DNA of 64,000 nt from NCBI GenBank assembly GCA_963845185.1, contig CAWJRG010000009.1, positions 320,001-384,000 on the forward strand. Reading direction: 5' to 3'. Source of the DNA: an uncultured bacterium (GTDB lineage Bacteria > Oederibacteriota > PGYV01 > CAWJRG01). Of this stretch, positions 50,830 through 62,592 are shown one piece after another. The first letter of the stretch is position 1; each line of letters begins with the position of its first letter. Below the pieces are notes generated by a model. It was not told where the DNA came from and made no database searches. It saw only the letters and a program-made list of their open reading frames with translations. A program made the translations under genes and the position numbers.

Positions 50830-53800
50830 ATGAAAATCAAAGTAATATCCATATTAATTTGCCTTATTGCATTAGGCATGTCATCAATTATTTATGGTGG
50901 AAACTGCACTGTTGATTGGGGAACAGTGCATCAAAGCATAAGAGGTTTTGGCGCATGCAGTGCATGGAGCAGTACTGCCTTTCCGAGTGCACTTGCCGAC
51001 TTTTTTTTCGATACCAGCGGGTCAAATTTAGGCATATCAATTTACCGAACAAGAATACCCCCCGACGGAACAATGACAGGAGAAATTTCTTCAGTGCAGG
51101 AAGCTCTTGCCCGGAATGCAAATATTATTGTTTGGGCAGCGCCGTGGTCGCCGCCAGCGAGCATGAAAAACACCGATAATGTCGATACTGGTGTACTTTT
51201 GACATCGGATTACCAAGCATATGCAAATTATCTCACTACTTACGCTAAAAATTTCCAAACGGCAGCCGGTGTAGGATTGTATGCTATGTCAGCACAGAAT
51301 GAACCTGATTGGCCCACAGGCTCTTATGAGGGTTGCACATGGAGCGCCCAGCAACTGCATGATTTTATATTAAATAACCTTGGCCCAGCAATGGCATCAA
51401 GCAACCCAAATGTAAAAATAATGATGCCAGAATCTTTTGGCGATAATCTGGCTATGTCAGACACTACATTAAATGATTCCAATGCGGCGAAATATGTAAG
51501 TGTAGTAGGAGAGCATCTGTACGGCCTGAGCGGAAATGAACCCAAAACTCCCAATGCTTATCCATTGGCTGTTTCACTCGGCAAGGAGTACTGGGAAACA
51601 GAATTCTACAATAACAGCCTTTCTTCTTATGACGCCACCATGACCGAAGGGTTAAATACAGCAGTCCAAATGCATGATGCCCTTACAATAGCAAATTTTA
51701 ATGCCTACCATTACTGGTGGTTTGTCTCGAGCGGGACAGACAACGGCGGTTTGGTGCCAACCGGCACCACATCATCATCAGGTGCGCCAAAAACGGCTTT
51801 TTGTTTTGGCCAATTCTCGAAGTTTATTAGGCCCGGTTATGTCAGGATGGACAGTACTGTCAATCCTACAAGCGGAGTTTATGTATCGGCATATCAATTG
51901 GCATCAACCGGCGCCTTCGTAATAGTAGCCATTAATACAAATTCATCCACAACGAGCCAGTCGTTTACCCTGAATGCAATGTCTGTTTCATCAGTTACAC
52001 CGTGGGTTACCGACCCAAACAACAGCCTGACACAGCAAGGCGCTCAGGCGGTATCGGGAAATAGCTTTACATACAATTTGACTGCCAGCAGCGTAACAAC
52101 TTTTATCGGAGTAAGCGGGAATATTACTGTTTCACCCACTGTTACGTTTACGATAACGCAGACTCCCACGCCGGTTTGCGGAGTGGAGCTTGATAATTTT
52201 GCCTCGTGCAGCACCACAAATGCCTGGGGTGCAGGCTGGTATGATTTTGCTGATACAGGTACTACTTTAACACCATCACCATTAACGCTTGCATCAACTT
52301 CATCTGGATCGTCGGGATGTTCCGCACAGATAAGCGGAACACAGAGTACCAGTGGTTATGCCGGTCTTGGCACAAACCTGGATTCCGCTGGAACAACAGT
52401 GAATATGACTGCTTATACGGGTGTCCAATTTTACGTGAAGGGAGATGGTGGTACATATTGGTTTCAGGTTACAGAACCAAGTGTAACAGATGGGGATAAT
52501 TTTGGACATTCTTTTACTGCTCCGACAACATGGACGCTAGTTACCATATACTTTTCAAGTCTTGCGCAGCGCGGATTCGGGACAGCAGAAACTTTTACTC
52601 AAAATCAACTTGAAGCCCTTCAGTGGATGACAACTGCAGCGGGAAGCTTTAATCTTGATATTGATGATATAGTTTTGATCAGCTCTGCGTGCAATTCTCC
52701 CACTAATACGCCAAATATGACTAAAACTAATACGCCGACTCTTACAAGGACTCCTACGTCAGCACAAAGTCCGACATCTTCTTCAACCGCAAGTTATACT
52801 GTAACAGCAACAAGGACAAGCACATTAACAACAACAGCCACGGCAACTCTAACAGGCACATATACGGCAACAGGAACATTAACGCCTGTTAATACTGCCA
52901 CATTGACCATAACTCAGACTTTCACACTAACGTCAAGCAGGACAGCTACTTCTTCAAATACAGCAACAGGCACGTTAACATTCACACCGACACTTACAGT
53001 TACAAAAACAAACACATTAACAAATACGCCTACATATACAGTCACTCTGACTTGGACAATAACATCACAAAACACAGCAACTTTAACAGCCACAAATACA
53101 AATACAGCATTGCCGGCAGCTACAAGGACAAATACCGGGACAAATACCATTACAATGACAGAGACAAGCACAGGAACGCCTACGCTTACTGTGACAAAAA
53201 CAAACACATTGACAAATACTCCTACTTATACAGTTACGCTGACCTGGACAAACACGGCACAGAACACGATAACTTTAACAGCAACAGGGACAAACACACT
53301 ATTGCCGACAGGGACAAGTACATCGACGCCTACATTTACTTCGACAAGGACAAATACACCGACATATACATTAACTCTGACTTGGACAAATACACCGCAG
53401 AACACGTCGACTTTAACTTCAACGGGCACAAACACAGTATCAATGACGGCTACAAGGACAAATAGCGGGACAAATACAATTACAATGACAGAAACCAGCA
53501 CGCCATTGAATACAGCGACTTTAACAGCAACAGACACAAATACTGCAACGCTAACGCTTACTACTACAAGAACAAATACTTTAACTGTCACTTTGACAAG
53601 TACAATGTCCAACACAGCGACGCCGACATTGACAGTGACATTAACTTTCACGAGGACAGTTACACCAACAAATACAAATTCACCAGCAGTATCACCAACG
53701 CCGACATTTACGAATATAGTATTTACGTGGACAATTACGCAAACATTCACTGTATCGCCGACAATTACATTGACAGATACACCGCTGCCAACGGGAACTA

Positions 53801-55773
53801 ATACGGGGACGCCAACATTTACAGTAACAAGAACAAACACGGTGACAAATACGCCGACGTATACAGTTACACTAACTTGGACAAGCACACTACAAAACAC
53901 GGCAACTTTAACGGCAACAGGCACAAGCACTACGACAAGGACGCCCACGTACACAATTACACTGACTTTTACATCGACAGTTACACCGACAAATACCAAT
54001 TCACCTGTGGTGTCACCCACACCTACATTTACTAATATAGTTTTTACATGGACAATAACGCAGACATTTACTATATCGCCGACAATAACAATAACAAATA
54101 CACCTCTGCCGACTGGAACAAATACGGGAACACCTACGTTTACTACAACAAGGACAAACACAGAAACATCAACTTTTACTATGACACATACGCCAACGAA
54201 CACAGCAACTCTGACTTGGACAAGCACAGCACAGAATACGGCGACTTTAACAGCAACAGATACAAATACACCGTTACCGACAAGCACAAGCACAAACACA
54301 ACGACACCTACTTTTACAGCTACGAGGACAAACACAGCGACTGATACTCCGACAAACGCGCCTTCATATACAGTAACATTGACTTTTACATTGACGGTTA
54401 CATCAACATTTACCAATTCGCCGGTGGTATCACCTACGCCGACATTTACTAATATAATATTCACGTGGACGATTACGCAAACATTTACAATATCGCCGAC
54501 AATAACAATTACAAACACTCCTACGCATACACCGAGCGATACTCCAACAAATACACTTACTAATACAGAAACAAACACACTGGTAAATACAGCGACAGAT
54601 ACGCTTGTTAATACAAAGACAAACACGCCAGTAAATACAGCAACTGATACACCCATCAATACAGAGACAGATACACCGGTTAATACTGCGACAGATACAC
54701 CAATAAATACAGCAACGGATACACCAGTAAATACAGCAACAGACACACCGGTTGATACAGATACAGACACGCCGGTTGTGTCAGAAACACCGACTTATAC
54801 AGCGACAATTTTTACGCCGACAATTTCACCGACGTCTACCATAACACCAACAATAACATTGACAGATACACCATCATTAACAGACACGGCAACATCGACT
54901 GCAACAGAAACAGAGACTTGGACAAATACATTATTACCTACACTTACAAATACGCCAGAGAATACCGCAACAAGCACAGTGACGCCTACTGTGGGAGCAA
55001 ATCTTGTAGTGGCTATTACTATTTCGCCAGGGAATGCAATGGTTGGCCAGAATATAACCGTAATAATGCAGGTAGTAAATACAGGGACAAATGGTGTGAA
55101 TAATTTACAACCTTCAGCGCTGGCTCAAACAGGCGGTGGAACAGCTGTCCTTGTAAGCGGACCCATGCCTGTAAGCACTGCAATAGTTTCAGATTCAACA
55201 GGATCATTTACATGGGTATATACAGTGACTTCCGTGGCAGGAAATATAGCATTTAGCGGGTCGGCAAGCGGAACAGACGCGATAAACGGCACAATAGTAT
55301 CAAGCTCAATAGTATCAAGTAGTCCATTAATATGCGTTACAGCCACAGCAACAATAGCAAATTCAATTACAGTTACCGTAACATCAACATATACGATAAC
55401 GCCGAGTATTACGGCGACAAATCCAGTGGCGACAGCCAGCTTTACACCGACAAACCAGGTTCCTGTTTTCACGGCTACAGCCACATTTGTAATTACTACG
55501 CAGTTGCCAGGGCCGCCAAGGATATATCCAAACCCGGTAAAAGACAGGTTTAGATATGTATTTCCCCTGACGGAAGATGCAGATATAGAAATAACCATAT
55601 ATACAGCGTCATACAGGTTGATAGCAAGATTTGACCAGAGACAGAGCGCGGGATTAAACACTATTGTAATAGACACACAAGGCATGGCAAACGGAACATA
55701 TTTTATAGTATATAAGCAAAAAGGGCAGACAACAAATACAAAGAGAATTGATAAATTTATTGTATTAAAATAA
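50830..55773 (+). CDS. Secreted GH30 (glucuronoxylanase-like) + CBM11/CIA30-like module + Thr-rich stalk + C-terminal sorting-like domain
   Basis: QSIRGFG, WAAPWSPPASMK, QNEPD, YWETE, AYHYWW, FGQFSKFIRPGYVR; then GVQFYVKGDG...WTLVTIYFSSL..RGFG...LDIDDI. Confidence 0.9.
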   Translation: MKIKVISILICLIALGMSSIIYGGNCTVDWGTVHQSIRGFGACSAWSSTAFPSALADFFFDTSGSNLGISIYRTRIPPDGTMTGEISSVQEALARNANIIVWAAPWSPPASMKNTDNVDTGVLLTSDYQAYANYLTTYAKNFQTAAGVGLYAMSAQNEPDWPTGSYEGCTWSAQQLHDFILNNLGPAMASSNPNVKIMMPESFGDNLAMSDTTLNDSNAAKYVSVVGEHLYGLSGNEPKTPNAYPLAVSLGKEYWETEFYNNSLSSYDATMTEGLNTAVQMHDALTIANFNAYHYWWFVSSGTDNGGLVPTGTTSSSGAPKTAFCFGQFSKFIRPGYVRMDSTVNPTSGVYVSAYQLASTGAFVIVAINTNSSTTSQSFTLNAMSVSSVTPWVTDPNNSLTQQGAQAVSGNSFTYNLTASSVTTFIGVSGNITVSPTVTFTITQTPTPVCGVELDNFASCSTTNAWGAGWYDFADTGTTLTPSPLTLASTSSGSSGCSAQISGTQSTSGYAGLGTNLDSAGTTVNMTAYTGVQFYVKGDGGTYWFQVTEPSVTDGDNFGHSFTAPTTWTLVTIYFSSLAQRGFGTAETFTQNQLEALQWMTTAAGSFNLDIDDIVLISSACNSPTNTPNMTKTNTPTLTRTPTSAQSPTSSSTASYTVTATRTSTLTTTATATLTGTYTATGTLTPVNTATLTITQTFTLTSSRTATSSNTATGTLTFTPTLTVTKTNTLTNTPTYTVTLTWTITSQNTATLTATNTNTALPAATRTNTGTNTITMTETSTGTPTLTVTKTNTLTNTPTYTVTLTWTNTAQNTITLTATGTNTLLPTGTSTSTPTFTSTRTNTPTYTLTLTWTNTPQNTSTLTSTGTNTVSMTATRTNSGTNTITMTETSTPLNTATLTATDTNTATLTLTTTRTNTLTVTLTSTMSNTATPTLTVTLTFTRTVTPTNTNSPAVSPTPTFTNIVFTWTITQTFTVSPTITLTDTPLPTGTNTGTPTFTVTRTNTVTNTPTYTVTLTWTSTLQNTATLTATGTSTTTRTPTYTITLTFTSTVTPTNTNSPVVSPTPTFTNIVFTWTITQTFTISPTITITNTPLPTGTNTGTPTFTTTRTNTETSTFTMTHTPTNTATLTWTSTAQNTATLTATDTNTPLPTSTSTNTTTPTFTATRTNTATDTPTNAPSYTVTLTFTLTVTSTFTNSPVVSPTPTFTNIIFTWTITQTFTISPTITITNTPTHTPSDTPTNTLTNTETNTLVNTATDTLVNTKTNTPVNTATDTPINTETDTPVNTATDTPINTATDTPVNTATDTPVDTDTDTPVVSETPTYTATIFTPTISPTSTITPTITLTDTPSLTDTATSTATETETWTNTLLPTLTNTPENTATSTVTPTVGANLVVAITISPGNAMVGQNITVIMQVVNTGTNGVNNLQPSALAQTGGGTAVLVSGPMPVSTAIVSDSTGSFTWVYTVTSVAGNIAFSGSASGTDAINGTIVSSSIVSSSPLICVTATATIANSITVTVTSTYTITPSITATNPVATASFTPTNQVPVFTATATFVITTQLPGPPRIYPNPVKDRFRYVFPLTEDADIEITIYTASYRLIARFDQRQSAGLNTIVIDTQGMANGTYFIVYKQKGQTTNTKRIDKFIVLK
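54585..54775 (+). repeat. 24-bp (8-aa, NTATDTP[V/I]) tandem repeats
   Basis: About 8 units visible in the translation and DNA. Confidence 0.8.
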
Positions 55774-55876
55774 CCGATATAAATAAGCACGCAATAGAAA
55801 ATAAATTGCGGCCATATTTTTTTAATGATGATTATCTAACTGGCAAAATAATTATTGCAAAGGTGAACGAAATAAA

Positions 55877-58800
55877 ATGAAAAAAAAATTACAGAATACC
55901 TTGAGAGTCATAACTGCATATTTAATAATATTATTTTTATTTTCATTTAAACTTTTTGCAGCAAATACTGATATTCGCCTGAATTCGCTGGGTTTCCAGC
56001 CAAGTTACAATAAATATGCATCAATAGATTTGACTTGTACAAATTTCTATGTTGTAACTGTACCAGCTGGTGTGACTGTTTATACTGGCACGGTTGGAAA
56101 TGCCATTAACGCAACAGACAGCGGGGAAACAGTAAGAGTAGCAGATTTTTCATCGTTAACGACCGAAGGAACATATTGCGTTAATGTACCTGGAGTCGGG
56201 AACTCAGCGACCTTTTCAATAAATAAAACGGTTTATAATAATGCATTTTATATGGCCATGAAAGCAATGTATTTGTGGAGATGCGGAACAGCGGTATCAT
56301 ATACATATCCGGCAGACGGTAATACTTATTCCCATGCAGCCTGCCATGAAAATGACGCTTATCTTGATGATGTAGGAGGGCCTAATGGGACTATTAAAAC
56401 AGCCACAGAAGGCTGGCATGATGCAGGTGATTATAATAAATATACTGTAAACGCGGCTATAACACTGGGCATGATGTATATGGCCTGGGAACAGTTCCAA
56501 AATAAGATTAACCAAATACCTTTGAACCTTCCTGTAACTGCTGCCGGATACCCGGAATACCTCGAAGAAACAAAATGGGAGACTGACTGGCTGCTTACAA
56601 TGCAGGCTTCAAATGGAGGAGTATATGACAAGGTAAGTGAAGCTGCTTTCTGCGCTTTTATAATGCCTGAAGCAAATACCGTAGACAGGTACTTTTGGGG
56701 TTATGGCAATATTGGGACGGTTGAAACGGCAACATTCTGCGCTGTGATGGCGATGGGCGCGAGAATATATTCACCTTATGATTCTGCTTATTCGACGAAA
56801 TGCCTTAATGCAGCATCAGCCGCCTATAGTTATCTGACAAATAATGCGACTAACACCACGGCAAACCTTACGGGATGCACGACCGGGAACTATAGCACAA
56901 GCGATGCCAATGAAGGAAGACTTTGGGCAGCTGCGGAAATGTGGGAGACGACAGGTACCGCTACGTTTTTGAATGATTTTGAAACAAGGGCAAATGGATA
57001 TTCTCCAACTTATGTTGATTCTGATTTTGACTGGTCGAATGATAAAAACCTTGGCATGTATACATACGTTCTGTCAACAAAATCAGGAAAGAATGCCACG
57101 CTTCTGACAAATATTAAAAATAATATCATATCCGATGCTAATGGAATCACGACAACTGCATTCAGCCATCCTTATGGACGTCCGCTTGGCACAAACTATT
57201 ACTGGGGATGCAACGGAGGCAATGAGAGGACGGCCATGCTCCTGCAAATAGCAAACCAAATATCGCCGAGTACTAATTATCTTAACGGCGTACTTGATGC
57301 TGTTGCTTATGTCTTTGGCAGAAATATGCATGACAGGTCGTATATTACAGGTGTTGGAATCAACCCGCCGATGAACCCGCACCACAGGCCTTCGGGAGCA
57401 GACGGCATTACCAATCCATGGCCGGGATACATGGTCGGAGGGTCATCAGGAGCAAACAGCAATGACCCTGTTGAAACACTCACGCCGACAGGGCTACCGC
57501 CTGCAGAATACTGGACAGACCAGCAGGGAGCGTATTCGTCAAATGAGGTTGCAATAAATTGGGAGGGCGCGCTTATTTACGCTCTTGCAGGGTTTATAGA
57601 TTTTGATATAACTAATACAGTGACAGTATCGCCGACCCTTACAAAGACAACACAACCAACGTTCACAATTACTCCAACACAAACAGCCACAGGGACTAGG
57701 ACAGATACTTTTACCATAACTCCGACAAGTACTCCAAGCAGAACTGCTTCAGGCACTTTTACAGCTACGGCAACGTTTTCCGGAACCCAAACGTTGACAT
57801 TAACGCAAACATTTACTTATTCTGTAACTGCCACATGGTCGCCTACGAGAACAGGCACACCCACTTATTCAAGCACTGTTTCCGCTACGTCTACATTCAC
57901 CGGGACAGTGACACCAAGTTTTTCCCAAACCAACACAATACTTTTATCAAGGACAGCAACTCCTACTTTCAGCTTTACGGCAACAATGTCATTTACAGCG
58001 ACAGGGACAGAAACGCCAACCAGCACTCCTACAGCTTCCAATACCATTACAAGCACATTTACTGGAACAACGACACAGACACGCACGTCGTCATTTACAG
58101 ATACGGCTACTTTTACCTTGACAGTAACGTCAACATTTTCTCCTACGTCGACTTATACGCAGACTTCTACCGCCACAAGAACAGCTACTTTGACATATAC
58201 TTTGACTAATACGGCCACTTCAACTTTTAGTGCAACGGGCACGGATACACTTACAGCCTCGGCTACCAGAACTCCTTCGGCAAGTTTAACAATAAGCATT
58301 ACACTCACGAATACGTCAACGCCATCATTTACGCAAAGCGCGACAGTAACTAATTCAAGTACATTAACACAAACAGCTTTTTATACTGCAACAAAGACAT
58401 TTACGTTAACAGCGACAGGGACAGAAACGCCAACCAGCACTCCTACAGCTTCCAATACCATTACAAGCACATTTACTGGTACAACGACGCAGACACGCAC
58501 ACCTTCGTTTACAAATACATTGACTTTTACTTTCACATCAACATCAACTCTTTCTGTCACGCCGACAGATACACGGACTTCTACCTTGACCGCCACAATA
58601 ACAAATTCGCCGGTAGTATCGCCAACTCCCACATTTACAAATATTGTGTTTACATGGACAATAACACCAACATATTCCATTTCCCCAACGGTAACGCTGA
58701 CGTCGAGTAGCACACTAACGAATACGGCAACGCCCTCGTTTACAGCGAGTGTTACAGGAACTAATTCAAGTACGGCAACACAAACAGTTTCTTATACAGC

Positions 58801-60478
58801 AACAAGGACATTTACATTAACGGCGACAGGGACAGCAACGCCAACCAGTACGCCTACAGCTTCAAATACCATTACAAGCACTTTGACTGGCACAGCGACG
58901 CAGACGCGGACGCCTTCGGTTACAGATACGGGCACTTTTACTGCAACAACAACATTAACCATCTCTAATACACCAACACATACACCAACTTTTACTTTGA
59001 CAATTACAATTACAAATTCGCCGACCATTACATTAACAGCGACAGGGACAAGTACGCCAACCAGTACTCCCACAGCTTCAAATTCAATAACAGTCACTTT
59101 TACGGGTACAGCGACTCATACTCAGACACCTACACTTACAGATACGCCGACTTTTACTTTAACAGTAACGTTAACACTTTCTTATACTCCAACACATACC
59201 CCTACTTTCACTTTGACCGTCACAATAACAAATTCACCGGTTGTATCGCCAACACCCACATTCACAAATATAGTGTTTACGTGGACAATAACACCGACAT
59301 ATACTATTTCCCCAACAATAACACTTACGATGACGTCGAGCAATACACTAACAAATACAGCAACACCGACAAGCACATTTACAGGGACTGTGACACAGAC
59401 ACCTTCATTTACATATTCGGCAACTTTCACTTTGACGGCTACATTAACTCTGTCTCCAACGCAGACATATAGCTCAACTTCTACTTTGACAATAACACTA
59501 ACGCTTTCTTCCACGAAAACAGAAACGACGACTTGCACTTTGACAGCCACAATTACAGATTCGCCAGTAATATCACCGACACCTACATTTACTTCTATTA
59601 TTTTTACATGGACAATAACACCGACATTAACAATTTCCCCAACGATAACACTGACTCAGGCAAATACATTTACAAATACTCCAACATCCTCTATCACAGT
59701 TACAAGCACGGAGACACAGACACCTTCGTATACAGATACGGAGACTCTTACTCTGACATTAACGTCAACGCTTTCTTCGACGGCTACAGAAACGTCGACT
59801 TGCACTTTGACAGTCACAATTACAAATTCTCCTGTGGTAACGCCAACGCCGACATTCACAAATATTGTGTTTACGTGGACAATAACGCCGACATATACTA
59901 TTTCCGCAACAATAACGCTGACGCCAAGCAATACACTTACAAATACACCAACGATTTCATTGACACCAAGCGCTACAGGAACTAATTCGAGCACAGAGAC
60001 GCAAACAGTTTCCTTTACAGCAACCGCAACAGTTACATTTACAAATTCAATAACGCCTTCAGAAACATTAACACTTTCTCAAACACTTACAGCTTCAACC
60101 ACATTAACTCCAACGATAAACCCCATATTAACAATAACAGCGACAGCCACTGTAGAGCAGGAAAAACACAAAAAGCCAAAACCATATCCCAACCCTTTGA
60201 ATCCAAAAATAATACCGGAATTATATATTGCATATAGTTTTGATGATACAGATATTGACAGTGTAAAGTTCAGAATGTATACATCGGCTTACAGATTAAT
60301 AAGGGAAATAAAATTTGAAAAGTCAGAAGCCATGGCAATGGCACAACAGGGAATAATAACGTGCTCGACGGACGGGTTAAAAGATTTAAGCAGCGGTTCA
60401 TATTTTTATATTATTTTAACAGAAAAAGCAGGAAAAGAACAAAGTTCAAAAATCGATACTATTATTATTTTAAAATGA
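55877..60478 (+). CDS. Secreted GH9 endoglucanase (CelD-N Ig + catalytic) + Thr-rich stalk + C-terminal sorting-like domain
   Basis: [49 protein letters not shown]-terminus PYPNP...LSSGSYFY...IIILK. Confidence 0.93.
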   Translation: MKKKLQNTLRVITAYLIILFLFSFKLFAANTDIRLNSLGFQPSYNKYASIDLTCTNFYVVTVPAGVTVYTGTVGNAINATDSGETVRVADFSSLTTEGTYCVNVPGVGNSATFSINKTVYNNAFYMAMKAMYLWRCGTAVSYTYPADGNTYSHAACHENDAYLDDVGGPNGTIKTATEGWHDAGDYNKYTVNAAITLGMMYMAWEQFQNKINQIPLNLPVTAAGYPEYLEETKWETDWLLTMQASNGGVYDKVSEAAFCAFIMPEANTVDRYFWGYGNIGTVETATFCAVMAMGARIYSPYDSAYSTKCLNAASAAYSYLTNNATNTTANLTGCTTGNYSTSDANEGRLWAAAEMWETTGTATFLNDFETRANGYSPTYVDSDFDWSNDKNLGMYTYVLSTKSGKNATLLTNIKNNIISDANGITTTAFSHPYGRPLGTNYYWGCNGGNERTAMLLQIANQISPSTNYLNGVLDAVAYVFGRNMHDRSYITGVGINPPMNPHHRPSGADGITNPWPGYMVGGSSGANSNDPVETLTPTGLPPAEYWTDQQGAYSSNEVAINWEGALIYALAGFIDFDITNTVTVSPTLTKTTQPTFTITPTQTATGTRTDTFTITPTSTPSRTASGTFTATATFSGTQTLTLTQTFTYSVTATWSPTRTGTPTYSSTVSATSTFTGTVTPSFSQTNTILLSRTATPTFSFTATMSFTATGTETPTSTPTASNTITSTFTGTTTQTRTSSFTDTATFTLTVTSTFSPTSTYTQTSTATRTATLTYTLTNTATSTFSATGTDTLTASATRTPSASLTISITLTNTSTPSFTQSATVTNSSTLTQTAFYTATKTFTLTATGTETPTSTPTASNTITSTFTGTTTQTRTPSFTNTLTFTFTSTSTLSVTPTDTRTSTLTATITNSPVVSPTPTFTNIVFTWTITPTYSISPTVTLTSSSTLTNTATPSFTASVTGTNSSTATQTVSYTATRTFTLTATGTATPTSTPTASNTITSTLTGTATQTRTPSVTDTGTFTATTTLTISNTPTHTPTFTLTITITNSPTITLTATGTSTPTSTPTASNSITVTFTGTATHTQTPTLTDTPTFTLTVTLTLSYTPTHTPTFTLTVTITNSPVVSPTPTFTNIVFTWTITPTYTISPTITLTMTSSNTLTNTATPTSTFTGTVTQTPSFTYSATFTLTATLTLSPTQTYSSTSTLTITLTLSSTKTETTTCTLTATITDSPVISPTPTFTSIIFTWTITPTLTISPTITLTQANTFTNTPTSSITVTSTETQTPSYTDTETLTLTLTSTLSSTATETSTCTLTVTITNSPVVTPTPTFTNIVFTWTITPTYTISATITLTPSNTLTNTPTISLTPSATGTNSSTETQTVSFTATATVTFTNSITPSETLTLSQTLTASTTLTPTINPILTITATATVEQEKHKKPKPYPNPLNPKIIPELYIAYSFDDTDIDSVKFRMYTSAYRLIREIKFEKSEAMAMAQQGIITCSTDGLKDLSSGSYFYIILTEKAGKEQSSKIDTIIILK

Positions 60479-60575
60479 CCGGTATTTTTAAATCTGCAAT
60501 GAAATAAAATCAAATGAATTCCAAAATATTTATTTCACAATGGGGGACTTTTTATGATTATAATGAAAAAATCTG

Positions 60576-60604
60576 TTTACAACAAATAATTTTAATAATA
60601 TAAT
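60576..60604 (+). promoter_or_regulatory. Sigma70-type promoter
   Basis: TTTACA-17-TATAAT (AT-rich context lowers specificity). Confidence 0.5.
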
Positions 60605-60675
60605 AAAAGGGATATAACAGAAAATAAAGTAAAATATTATAAAATCTAAGGTATCATATGGTGAAATGAGTTAAC

Positions 60676-62526
60676 ATGAAAATAACAAGAAAAACAAGGA
60701 AATTAAAAAAGGCATTATCGAAACATACAAACAAATCAAAAAATATAAAAAAATACTTAAATAATATAAAATCAAAACTCCATTTTTCTGAAGAATTCTG
60801 CAACAAACTTGTCATGACATCGCCTGACTCCGTTGTTCTTATTGATACAAAAAGCAAAATTATTTACGTGTCCGAAAGAACCGTTGAAATGTGCGGGTGC
60901 AAGTCCAGCGATGATTTAATCGGCAAAAACGCGTTTGATTTTTTCGCTTCCGAAGACAGGCAAAGGGCAACCTTCAATCTCCAAAAAACATTTGGCGAAG
61001 GTTTTGTCGGCAAAACGCAATACACAATGCTCAAAAGCAATGGGGAAAAATATTTAGCTGAATTAAACGCCACGGTTATCAAAGACATTAAAGGTACACC
61101 TATGGCTGTCATGGCTACAATAAGAGATATGACGGAATCCAAGAAAAAGGATGAAAAGGTAAAAACGAGCGAGGAAAAATATGAAACTCTTTTTAATTCT
61201 GCGAATGATTCAATATTTGTCCACGAAATAACAAAAGACCTTCAACCAGGCAGGTTTATAGAGGCAAATGAAATATCATACAAGAGACTCGGATATACAA
61301 GGGAGGAATTTTTAAAATTAGGACCATTTGACATAATTCCGCAGGGGAATATGCAAAAGACATTGTGGGCATGGGAAAAAATTTTTAAAGAAAAGAGTGC
61401 AGTATTTGAAACCGAGGCAAAAACCAAAAACGGCAATATGATTCCTATTGAAGTGAACGCCCATTTAATTGAAAAAAATGGCGGACTTCAATTATTGGTT
61501 ATAGCCCGCGATATTACTCAGCGAAAGCGAGATGAGGAAATTTTAAGGATTTCGGAGTCAAATTACAGGTCTATTTTCAACGGAATGGATGATTCGGTAG
61601 TGCTTTTAGACATTGAAACCAAAAAAGTAATTGACATGAACGAAGCCGCCGTAGAAAAACTCAGCATTGCCAATAAAGAAATTAAAAATTTTAATATAAA
61701 AGATTTTGGCTCTGCTGAGCCGCCGTATTCAAAACAGGACGTGATGAAGTGGATTGAAAAGACCATAAACGAAGGGCCGCAGTTATTTGAGTGGAAAAGA
61801 ATAGACAGCAAAGGCGATATTATGTGGATGGAAGTCAGCTTGAGAAAAACAGTAATAAACAACAGAGAATGCCTGCTTGCTATAAACAGAAATATAAACG
61901 CACGGAAAAAAGCGGAGGATGAATCAAAGCAAAGCTATAAAATGATTGAAAAAATTTTGGATGGTGTTATCCAGACAATGGAAAATCTTGTTGAAAAAAA
62001 AGACATATATACCGTGGGGCATCAGCGCAGGACAGCTGAAGTCGCCACTTTAATAGCGCTTGATATGGGTTTTTCTGAATCCAGGGCAAACGGCGTTTAT
62101 ACGGCCGCAAGGATACACGATATAGGGAAAATATTTGTACCGGGCAATATATTAAATAAAGTTGAACCACTGACTGGGGAAGAATTTGGGCAGATAAAGA
62201 TGCATGCGCAGGCCGGTTATGAAATATTAAAAGCAATAGATTTCCCGTGGCCCATAGCACAGATGATTCGACAGCACCACGAAAGAATGGACGGTTCCGG
62301 ATACCCATTGGGATTAAAAGGCGAGGATATACTCATCGAAGCAAGGATAATCGCTGTGGCTGACGTTGTAGAGGCAATCACGTTTGAGCGGCCATACAGG
62401 GCAGCTTTTGGCCTTAACATAGCACTTAACGAATTAAAAAAGAACCGAGGAAGGCTTTATGATGAGAAAGTTGTAGATGCATGCCTTAAAATATTCGAGG
62501 AAAATAAGTTTGTATTCAAAAAATAA
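60676..62526 (+). CDS. 3xPAS + HD-GYP cyclic dinucleotide phosphodiesterase
   Basis: PAS ends RDMT, RDIT, RNIN; YTVGHQRR, IHDIGK, HHERMDGSGYPLGL, RIIAVADV, RPYR. Confidence 0.93.
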   Translation: MKITRKTRKLKKALSKHTNKSKNIKKYLNNIKSKLHFSEEFCNKLVMTSPDSVVLIDTKSKIIYVSERTVEMCGCKSSDDLIGKNAFDFFASEDRQRATFNLQKTFGEGFVGKTQYTMLKSNGEKYLAELNATVIKDIKGTPMAVMATIRDMTESKKKDEKVKTSEEKYETLFNSANDSIFVHEITKDLQPGRFIEANEISYKRLGYTREEFLKLGPFDIIPQGNMQKTLWAWEKIFKEKSAVFETEAKTKNGNMIPIEVNAHLIEKNGGLQLLVIARDITQRKRDEEILRISESNYRSIFNGMDDSVVLLDIETKKVIDMNEAAVEKLSIANKEIKNFNIKDFGSAEPPYSKQDVMKWIEKTINEGPQLFEWKRIDSKGDIMWMEVSLRKTVINNRECLLAINRNINARKKAEDESKQSYKMIEKILDGVIQTMENLVEKKDIYTVGHQRRTAEVATLIALDMGFSESRANGVYTAARIHDIGKIFVPGNILNKVEPLTGEEFGQIKMHAQAGYEILKAIDFPWPIAQMIRQHHERMDGSGYPLGLKGEDILIEARIIAVADVVEAITFERPYRAAFGLNIALNELKKNRGRLYDEKVVDACLKIFEENKFVFKK

Positions 62527-62592
62527 AATCCAAAAGATATTGCTTTCGCAAAAAAATATGATTGGGGAAATCAATGACACAAGAGGTGAAAA

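Larger units (their letters stand above)
49162..55773 (+). repeat. ~1-kb highly similar duplicated 3' ends (49162-50161 and 54774-55773)
   Basis: Colinear at constant offset 5612 through to the stop codons. Confidence 0.92.

Noticed and set aside
49162..55773. Diversity-generating retroelement TR/VR reading of the duplicated tails
   Set aside because: No reverse transcriptase in the window, both copies are coding and about 1 kb, and differences are not restricted to adenines.
47089..59994. Long Val-rich - strand ORFs (e.g. 53226-54770, 47413-48270) and Tyr/Asn-rich alternative-frame ORFs
   Set aside because: Expected shadows of ACN-rich Thr codon tracts.
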